Shown: piece after piece, positions 19,701-26,971 of the stretch
Layout: every line of letters begins with the position of its first letter
Numbering within the stretch: the stretch's first letter is position 1
Position numbers and translations under genes: made by a program
NCBI GenBank assembly: GCA_000025185.1
Contig: CP001848.1
Span: 3,720,001 to 3,752,000 of the forward strand
DNA: 32,000 nt
Direction: 5' to 3'
From: Pirellula staleyi DSM 6068
GTDB lineage: Bacteria > Planctomycetota > Planctomycetia > Pirellulales > Pirellulaceae
The notes under the pieces: model-generated
What the model was told of the DNA's origin: nothing
What the model saw: only the letters and a program-made list of their open reading frames with translations
Databases searched by the model: none

Positions 19701-21765
19701 AGCCCCTCAACTGGCGCTCAGCGGACCGACACTGGCCGACGTAGCAGCATCTCCGATGGGCGATGGTGGCGACGGTGGGACTCCCTCTCCAGAGCCTAAC
19801 GCCGCACCTTCGGCACTGGCGACCAATCGTCAACAAAGTCCTGATGGTGGTGCGCCAGCCGGTGGTGCTCCCCAAGCTCTGGCCGCCGCTGGTGAACCCG
19901 GCGAGTCGGGAGCTGAAACCAAGGGGGCCATCGCCATTGCTCGCGCTGAAGCTGCCGAAGCAACACCGGGCACTCCTGAGGTAGGTGGCGGAACCGCTTC
20001 CCCTTCACGCGCACCAACAGGTCCCGCTTTTGTCGCTTCAGCTCAGGCCGATGTGGCGATGGTAGGTGGCATGCCCGAGTCGGGTGGTTCGCCTCAAGGT
20101 GCCCCGCTGGAAGCCCAAGGAGTTGACGGCGGACGCATTGCTGGTGGCGCTCGTGCAACGGCTGATAGCGGACCTGCCGGAGCGATGGCGGGAAGTGAAG
20201 TGGCGATCGCCGATTCGGTCGGGGGAGCAGGTTCCGCGCCTGGAAGTCGCAGTACATCAGCCGCTGGTAACGAAGGTCCGATGGTCGATGGCTCCGATGT
20301 GGCTGGGGGTCCAGCCCGCTCGAGTGTCGATTCACCAGGACCTCTCGGAGCGTCGGTGGTGGCCGAGATTCCTGAAATCGGGCCCAACTCTGCAGTAGCT
20401 CAAGCCGAACTCGATCACAGCATGGGTGGCATGGGCGACACGCCCATGTCGCGACCCGCTGGTGAGGCAATTGCCGTGAACATCGAAGCTCCGGATGGAC
20501 CCGGTGGACTCGGTAGCGAATTCACACCCCAGGTTGGCCTCAACAATCGTCAGGCTCGCAGCGACAGCATCGACGTGCAAGTTCGCACGGCCCGATTTGT
20601 CCGACAAGCAGTGGGTGGTCTGCCGAGCATCAGCACCACGGCGATCGTTGCCACCGATTCCTTCTCCAAGCGTTCTTCGCGAACTCCTGGAACGGAATCG
20701 GGAGGTGGCAAGGGGGCTCCACCACCGCAGACAGAAGAAGCGATTGAGATGGGGCTCGAATTCTTGGCTCGTCATCAACAGCCCGATGGAAGTTGGTCGC
20801 TGCAAGGATTTGGCGAAGAGACCATGCTCGTGAGCGATACTGGGGCGACAGCGCTCGCGCTCCTCTCGTTCCAAGGGGCCGGGTATAACCATCGCGAGCA
20901 TCGCTACAAAGATGTGGTGCGCATGGCCCTCGACTACATGATTAAAAATCAAAAGGAAGATGGCGATCTCTTCCTGCCGCTCGACGATCAGTCGAATCAA
21001 AGTGTCTGGCTCTATAGTCACAGCCTGGCGACGCTGGCTCTCTGCGAAGCCTATGGCATGACGCAAGATCCCTCGCTGAAAGAACCAGCCCAAAAGGCAA
21101 TTGATTTCATCGTCAAATCGCAGCATCCCGAGCGTGGCGGCTGGCGCTATTCACCCGGCGTAAGCGCCGACACGTCGGTCACAGGCTGGATGACGATGGC
21201 CCTCAAGAGTGGCGAACTGGCGAACCTTGAGGTTCCTCCCGAGACCTACACCAAGATTCAAAAATGGCTCGATTCGGCCCAAACTTCGGCTGATAGGCCT
21301 TACGAATATCGCTACAACCCACTCGCCCCCGACACCATCGAACAGCGTCATGGTCGGGCTCCCACAAAGTCGATGACAGCCGTGGGGCTCCTCATGCGAC
21401 TCTATACCGGCTGGCGTCGCGACAACCCGAACATGGTGAGTGGTGCCGACTATCTCAAGGAACACTTGCCAGCGATCGGCTCCGCGCGTCAACCAGAACG
21501 AGACACCTACTACTGGTACTATGCCACGCAGGTGATGTTCCACATGAAGGGTGACTACTGGAAAGAGTGGAACGCCAAACTCCACCCACTGCTAGTGAAC
21601 ACGCAAGTGCAGCAAGGTCCGCTTGCCGGAAGTTGGTCCCCTCGCGGACCAGTTCCTGATCGCTGGGGCCCCCATGGTGGTCGCATCTACGTCACCACGA
21701 TGAATCTGCTTTCGCTCGAAGTCTACTACCGCCATCTGCCGCTGTACGAAGACACCGCGAAATAG
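16729..21765 (+). CDS. Giant membrane-anchored protein: N-terminal TM helices, TonB-like Pro/Glu spacer, about 1,100-aa Ala/Pro/Thr/Ser-rich low-complexity region, C-terminal prenyltransferase/squalene-cyclase-repeat-like alpha/alpha-toroid domain
   Basis: 5,037-nt uninterrupted ORF starting 44 nt after exbD. Three hydrophobic helices lie in the first ~110 aa (PVFIALVVLGGFLMGISAAY, LTSLILIPVVIAAFMFAFCYV, LSVVLCGILHIALVIQML). It continues with PEPVEPVTEIVRQPEQEKQETPPEPQPVPVPEQ. The C-terminal ~340 aa carry QPDGSWS, ERGGWRYSP, PLAGSWSP and YYWYYATQVMF motifs separated by helix pairs. Confidence 0.8.
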   Translation: MAKIRRVVRKVQASGGDYFDEHLWPVFIALVVLGGFLMGISAAYLKFSDTPWYANALTSLILIPVVIAAFMFAFCYVDNRVVRRSMQLSVVLCGILHIALVIQMLETKIFSAFFDEPAATEQIVERRPPKVIPEYRPEQLLPAEDRPRQDFERPVETQTPEPVEPVTEIVRQPEQEKQETPPEPQPVPVPEQVATTEPNVVKRPRPNEAAPRQAEQASKLSRQTKPSEMKVSQVTETPQITEPRPTGVEATAAKSTVKRQDPAASPSGKVAADAPSSTLDTPQPRVARQTAQRSAEQSATKTPTLERAVATPAATPRSQVAVSETPATSKATTPTELAPSTVSPTKRTATSVEVASKEATDVPLARATPDSKPQRAELPSEQRPQVAQAQQPTPSRQTRNTARPDLATAAAEVAPGEASPTAQPTEMAPAATALARASAEVSSPTPSTTPATEPNTANTQQAAARIARTTGQSAPAATANPQATPTRTRATGNPSINNAPQVEVAAAAPTTASTSGELAPSSMATRRQATAESEAAPSAGNPTPAAVAAATPSNTPSETPRRTTVAASSGDAPPADSPAQPAPSARSSTRPAVANVVTNVSDVPTNAAPNTAASSNPGPSSATVSRQTAPGSVAAQRTQNSADSASSSAATQITAGSFSRVPTAQSPSILPAPVAGAPRRAVAASNSATSPAAVESPAAAVAQGSGDQSAEPARMALSRSIAGTAGAGRSPNFDRALPGAESPAQVASAAARRAEATQKAEPGDALSPSAPATVARSRSDADLPTASLRAEATEVATAPGSNTTADISASSSAALSRADANARPSQVTGAPGASDVDVGSTQVVAEQGMGRASGGGQTQLNFDTQSPQIARRTSSGGAPIVSLAAADLGDTASAPMADGGGQPSAAQPDATTLAINRTTAGGESTISGGPSKADEAGPVTEVNTAQTLAQSQVSRADNSDGSASGGGEPALTAEEEEEERKRRLARAAAGGAPQLALSGPTLADVAASPMGDGGDGGTPSPEPNAAPSALATNRQQSPDGGAPAGGAPQALAAAGEPGESGAETKGAIAIARAEAAEATPGTPEVGGGTASPSRAPTGPAFVASAQADVAMVGGMPESGGSPQGAPLEAQGVDGGRIAGGARATADSGPAGAMAGSEVAIADSVGGAGSAPGSRSTSAAGNEGPMVDGSDVAGGPARSSVDSPGPLGASVVAEIPEIGPNSAVAQAELDHSMGGMGDTPMSRPAGEAIAVNIEAPDGPGGLGSEFTPQVGLNNRQARSDSIDVQVRTARFVRQAVGGLPSISTTAIVATDSFSKRSSRTPGTESGGGKGAPPPQTEEAIEMGLEFLARHQQPDGSWSLQGFGEETMLVSDTGATALALLSFQGAGYNHREHRYKDVVRMALDYMIKNQKEDGDLFLPLDDQSNQSVWLYSHSLATLALCEAYGMTQDPSLKEPAQKAIDFIVKSQHPERGGWRYSPGVSADTSVTGWMTMALKSGELANLEVPPETYTKIQKWLDSAQTSADRPYEYRYNPLAPDTIEQRHGRAPTKSMTAVGLLMRLYTGWRRDNPNMVSGADYLKEHLPAIGSARQPERDTYYWYYATQVMFHMKGDYWKEWNAKLHPLLVNTQVQQGPLAGSWSPRGPVPDRWGPHGGRIYVTTMNLLSLEVYYRHLPLYEDTAK

Positions 21766-21806
21766 ACTCGATCAACTTTCCACGATTTGCTGCCGCTGCT
21801 GCGCAA

Positions 21807-23138
<1,332 letters not shown>

Positions 23139-23179
23139 GCCTGGCTACTCCCAAGTACGACCGAAAATGAAACATGAAA

Positions 23180-23875
23180 CTAAGTATAAATCTGCCAAAA
23201 CGCATGCATCCCCATGAGCATGCGCAGCACGATGGTCGCGGCAAGGTACACCGCATAATGAAACGCGCCGGTGCCGAATTCGAGATCCAAACTGGCGTTG
23301 GCGGTTAAGGCACCCACGCCGATCACGAGCGGCACGACGATGGCAATCGCCGTGAAAGGTGGTGGCGGGGGAAGTTTTATCTGCCAGAAAATATACCAGT
23401 AGACGCCCCACAGTAGTGGATAGACGATCGACGGCGCGATCAGCCGCACAAGGAGCGCTGTGCCACGATGGGGCTCGAGTTCGTCGTCGCGTAAAATGGC
23501 ATAGCCGGCAGCTGCCAAGGGTGGAGCCAGCAGCACGGCACCAATGCCGATCATCAGCTGCGATACCTGTCCTGGTTTGGGCGCGCTAATGCGAAGGGCT
23601 ACGGCTGCAATCAGCGTGAGCAGGATCCCTCCGGCGATCGCGCCGATCAGGAGCGGCGAGAGCTTGCTCTCCTTCCGCAAAATCGGATTGAGGACCAACT
23701 CCCCCTTCGAGTCTTTGGGACCGGAAGGTTCCGGGGCATGAACCTTTACTTCTTCTTTGAGTTCGGGAACTTTGATGACGGTTTTGCATTTGGGGCAGGG
23801 GCCCGAGCGACCAGCGAACTTCTCGCTCACCTGAAATCGAGTCAGGCATTTACCGCAAGTGACGTCAATCGGCAT
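23180..23875 (-). CDS. Zinc-ribbon membrane protein (N-terminal CxxC...CPxC ribbon plus several TM helices)
   Basis: MPIDVTCGKCLTRFQVSEKFAGRSGPCPKCKTVIKVPE is followed by hydrophobic helices (LLIGAIAGGILLTLIAAVAL, MIGIGAVLLAPPLAAAGYAIL, IVYPLLWGVYWYIFW, AIAIVVPLVIGVGALT, AVYLAATIVLRMLM). It ends 42 nt upstream of the HD gene on the same strand. Confidence 0.65.
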   Translation of the reverse strand: MPIDVTCGKCLTRFQVSEKFAGRSGPCPKCKTVIKVPELKEEVKVHAPEPSGPKDSKGELVLNPILRKESKLSPLLIGAIAGGILLTLIAAVALRISAPKPGQVSQLMIGIGAVLLAPPLAAAGYAILRDDELEPHRGTALLVRLIAPSIVYPLLWGVYWYIFWQIKLPPPPPFTAIAIVVPLVIGVGALTANASLDLEFGTGAFHYAVYLAATIVLRMLMGMHAFWQIYT

Positions 23876-24048
23876 AGAAAAGCCCGAAGAGAAGAGCGGT
23901 CAGCTGAAACATGCGCGTTGCCGCGACATAACAACTGAACTACGATTCAGTGGATGTAAGACAAGTGACGCAATCGAAAAGTGTCGGTGCAGTAGCGTAG
24001 TCAATTCGAAGCTGAGAATCACTCGGGGCTCCTCGGACCACATCTCGT

Positions 24049-24873
24049 ATGGTGATTAAATTCCTTTGTCCGAACAACCACCCCCTGACGGCGCCGGAAA
24101 ATCTGGCAGGAAAAGCAGGGAAGTGCCCCAAGTGCAACACACCGTTTAAGGTCCCTGAGCCCGATCAACCGGCAGGTTCCGAACAATCGGCCCCAGCGGC
24201 TGACGAGGGGCCTGTAACGCGCGCCGAACTCTCGGATCAGTCGCCGACGATTCCGGAGTCGGGCAGCGGCATGTCAACCGCAGCAGGCAACGGTGTAACA
24301 GGCCCTAAACAGCCCGCTGGCGAGGTTTTTGTGTTTTTGTGTCCAAACGGCCACAAACTGAACGGACCGCCCAGCTTGAAGGGTAAGGCGGGACAATGCC
24401 CACATTGCGGCGAACGGTTCCGAATTCCAGCCGACGACGATCCACCCCCGGATGATCTCGAGGAGATTCCAACCTCGGAAATTGTCGAGGAAGATGCCTA
24501 CGAAGAGGCCTCCGCCGATGGGGGCGCTTTTTCGTTTAACTTCGGAGGGGAGCCTTCGGAGGAAGAACCGGTCGAAGAGACCTATGAAATTCCCGAGCCC
24601 GATCCCTTTCCGACCGATGTGAGCGCGATGAGCTTCATCATGGGTCGGCTGTGGGATCAAAAGACCGAGGATACCGAGCTCGATGTCTTTTTGATCGAAG
24701 GGGAAATCATGTCCCCCGAGCATTACTCGGAGCACCTTTCGACCCGCGAGTTTGGTGTGTTCGCCACAAAAGAGAGTGATGGCACGTTTGCCATCACCGT
24801 GATTCCGTGGTCGGCGATTCGGCGAGTCGGCATGCGCAAGATTGGCGAACTGCCGCCGCAGTATTTTCGCTAA
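24049..24873 (+). CDS. Double zinc-ribbon protein with acidic linker and uncharacterised C-terminal domain
   Basis: Two ribbons: MVIKFLCPNNHPLTAPENLAGKAGKCPKCNTPFKVPE (aa 1-37) and VFVFLCPNGHKLNGPPSLKGKAGQCPHCGERFRIPA (aa 93-127). A Asp/Glu/Pro-rich linker follows, then an ~80-aa C-terminal domain. Divergent from 23180..23875. Confidence 0.65.
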   Translation: MVIKFLCPNNHPLTAPENLAGKAGKCPKCNTPFKVPEPDQPAGSEQSAPAADEGPVTRAELSDQSPTIPESGSGMSTAAGNGVTGPKQPAGEVFVFLCPNGHKLNGPPSLKGKAGQCPHCGERFRIPADDDPPPDDLEEIPTSEIVEEDAYEEASADGGAFSFNFGGEPSEEEPVEETYEIPEPDPFPTDVSAMSFIMGRLWDQKTEDTELDVFLIEGEIMSPEHYSEHLSTREFGVFATKESDGTFAITVIPWSAIRRVGMRKIGELPPQYFR

Positions 24874-24913
24874 GGCTTCACCCGGTTGCTGAGCCTAGCC
24901 CGATAACTCGAAG

Positions 24914-25414
24914 CTAGTTGGGTTCTTCTTCGTCGACCAAGTCCCCTTCGGTAATCATCGTGAAACCCTTGTTATTGAGGGTTTCCATCGCCATCTCGAG
25001 GTTGTCGACCATCAGGGCGACTGCGGGGCGACCGTGCGGCCGCACGATCAGCGGATATGCCTGCACGATGTTGATTTCTGCTTGCAGCAGGGCGGTGCAG
25101 ATTTGCAGCAGAGGTTGTGGGCCATCGGGAAGCTCAACGCCGATCAAATCGCTTTCGATAATCGCAAGTCCAGCCCGCTCGAGGATTTCGCGACCGCGCT
25201 CGGGATCGCTGAGCAGGAATCGAACGAACGCACATTCAGTGGCGTCGTTGATCGAGAGCGCAACAATGCGAACGCGGCTCCCTTCGAAGCGGCGCACCAC
25301 TTCCAGGAGCCGTCCGACCCGGTTCTCGAGAAACACGGTGAATTGGCGAATCGTGGGATAGTTCCGGCCACGCATGGTGGAAAATCCGGTTGTTGAACCC
25401 TCTCCGGTGCTCAT
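24914..25414 (-). CDS. Tandem ACT-domain (amino-acid-binding regulatory fold) protein
   Basis: 166-aa ORF with two beta-alpha-beta-beta-alpha-beta-like units: IRQFTVFLENRVGRLLEVVRRFEGSRVRIVALSI and LIGVELPDGPQPLLQICTALLQAEINIVQAY. Assignment is by pattern only. An alternative start lies at Met14 (25375). Confidence 0.5.
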   Translation of the reverse strand: MSTGEGSTTGFSTMRGRNYPTIRQFTVFLENRVGRLLEVVRRFEGSRVRIVALSINDATECAFVRFLLSDPERGREILERAGLAIIESDLIGVELPDGPQPLLQICTALLQAEINIVQAYPLIVRPHGRPAVALMVDNLEMAMETLNNKGFTMITEGDLVDEEEPN

Positions 25415-25586
25415 GCGCGGTGGCGTCGAGTAGACGACCCTTCTCGGTACGGTGGCGGGACTTGCGGATGGCTCGATAGCCTAAAAAGTTCTCACCACGG
25501 TATTCCAAACAGTGCGCCGATTCAAGCGCTGGCCCCGAAGAGGGGAGTCTTGAGCCGTGCTAGATGCCCCGCGCCTCGCCCAAAAT

Positions 25587-25916
25587 TTAGGCGCTGGCTG
25601 GCGGATTTTGCACGCGACCACAGAGTCCCACGAGCCGAACCAGCTGTTTTTGGATTTCGAGTTCGTTGTCGCGGGTTTGAGCGGCAGCAGCGAGTCGAGC
25701 TGCCGATTCGGCCAAGTGCGGCTGATGTCCGGTTTGACTATTGTGTGCCAGAACCTGGCTAAGACGCGACACTTCCGGCCAGTCTTTGCTTTTGGCTGCA
25801 AAGAGCAACTGGTCGACCATGCCCGGTAGTGAGTCGAGCAGGCTCACTACACGAGCGTTTTGGTTGGCGAGTTGATACGAAAGATCAGCGAGCGATGGCA
25901 AGGCTTGAGGTTGCAT
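25587..25916 (-). CDS. Small helical protein, possibly a degenerate Hpt-like four-helix bundle
   Basis: 109-aa ORF with ATG 25916 preceded by AGGAGAG. Helical heptad-like sequence with DWPEVSRLSQVLAHNSQTGHQPHLAESAARLAAAA, resembling the Hpt layout (D....L...aH.L.....G...L...a..LE.aa) but lacking the canonical HxLKGS. Confidence 0.4.
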   Translation of the reverse strand: MQPQALPSLADLSYQLANQNARVVSLLDSLPGMVDQLLFAAKSKDWPEVSRLSQVLAHNSQTGHQPHLAESAARLAAAAQTRDNELEIQKQLVRLVGLCGRVQNPPASA

Positions 25917-25978
25917 CTCAAACTCTCCTGCGGCAAAGGGCTGGCCAGGAATCTTCCGATCGAAGAGGGCGGGCGAGA

Positions 25979-26314
25979 TTACGCCACGCGTCGTTTTCCT
26001 GGCTGGGTCTTGATCACACGACTGCGCGAATCGCAGAGCATGCGAACCATCGCTTCGACGGCGGCAGGGATGAGTGCGTCGCGAAGCTTCGGCGAACTCA
26101 TGTTTTCTTCAGCGAGAAGTTTTTCAGTCTCGGCAGTAATCGGCATCACCGCTCGCGATCGAACGTAGCCTTTCGCTTCGGCGCCTTGCATGGCGGGAAG
26201 TCGGTGTGCCACACGTTGCCAAACTTGCATGCGACTGCGGACCGCAATCTTTTCGGCAAGTTGGGCCACGCGATCTGTCACGAGCCACTGGGCGAGCATT
26301 TGGGGGAGTCCCAT
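25979..26314 (-). CDS. Small hypothetical protein (111 aa)
   Basis: ATG 26314 preceded by GAAAGGA. It lies 62 nt upstream of the Hpt-like gene on the same strand. No recognisable motif. Confidence 0.4.
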   Translation of the reverse strand: MGLPQMLAQWLVTDRVAQLAEKIAVRSRMQVWQRVAHRLPAMQGAEAKGYVRSRAVMPITAETEKLLAEENMSSPKLRDALIPAAVEAMVRMLCDSRSRVIKTQPGKRRVA

Positions 26315-26809
26315 CGACGCATCCTTTCACTGAGCGGGGGGATGCCAGAGGTCTGCTATCACCCTCGAAGGGGTGTGTGACGAAAATCCTCGTCGTAGCA
26401 GACTCAATCGTTGGGAACCTTTTGCCGATACTAGCGTCTATGACGGGCAACGAGCTCCCCGGAGAACGATCGCTGGCTAGTCTTTAGTGATCGTTCGAAA
26501 CGGGAGTCGTTCTTCAGCTATCACCCTCCTGGGTCGTGCTGGAACGGATGTGCAGCCTTTCTTGCGGCTGAGACTCGAGAATCGGTCCCGTTTTGGTCGA
26601 TATCGAGCACTCAAGCGGTTGGTTGACGATTCGATAGACTCGCTCTAATCGCTATCATCCCCTTGACCGTTAAAGTTTGCTTCCTTAGTTTGACGATAGA
26701 TGGTTGTACAAGACGCCTGAGTGGTTTCGCTCCTCAGCGTGTCCTTTGTAAAGTCAGTAAATTAACTCTTTTGCCTAGACTTACTCTGGCAAATGAGTTT
26801 CGGAAATAG

Positions 26810-26881
26810 GGCGCCGTAGCCAAGTGGCTAAGGCAGCGGATTGCAAATCCGCCATCGTCGGTTCAACTCCGACCGGCGCCT
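26810..26881 (+). tRNA. tRNA-Cys (anticodon GCA)
   Basis: Manual cloverleaf. Acceptor GGCGCCG / CGGCGCC. Anticodon arm GCGGA-TTGCAAA-TCCGC with GCA at 26843-26845. T arm GTCGG-TTCAACT-CCGAC. Discriminator T at 26881. CCA is not encoded. Confidence 0.9.
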
Positions 26882-26887
26882 CTTGAA

Positions 26888-26936
26888 ATAAAATCGCGGC
26901 GATGAGCTTTACCACTCATCGCCGCGATTTTTTTGT
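26888..26936. terminator. Bidirectional rho-independent terminator shared by tRNA-Cys (+) and the HTTM gene (-)
   Basis: 16-bp stem AAATCGCGGCGATGAG (26891-26906) / CTCATCGCCGCGATTT (26915-26930) with an 8-nt loop. It is flanked by an A-run upstream and a run of seven T (26928-26934) downstream, so it is functional in both orientations. Confidence 0.75.
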
Positions 26937-26971
26937 TTCTTGCTGATCTGTTTACTGTGGCAGGATCGCAA

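Noticed and set aside
16912-21126. Long minus-strand ORFs inside the giant gene (16912..17919, 335 aa; 17944..19299, 451 aa; 19796..20470, 224 aa; 20332..21126, 264 aa)
   Set aside because: Their translations are Arg/Cys/Ser/Trp-rich strings with no motifs. This is typical of the antisense of GC-rich Ala/Pro/Thr/Ser coding sequence. The plus-strand 5-kb ORF has recognisable N- and C-terminal domains and explains the open frames.
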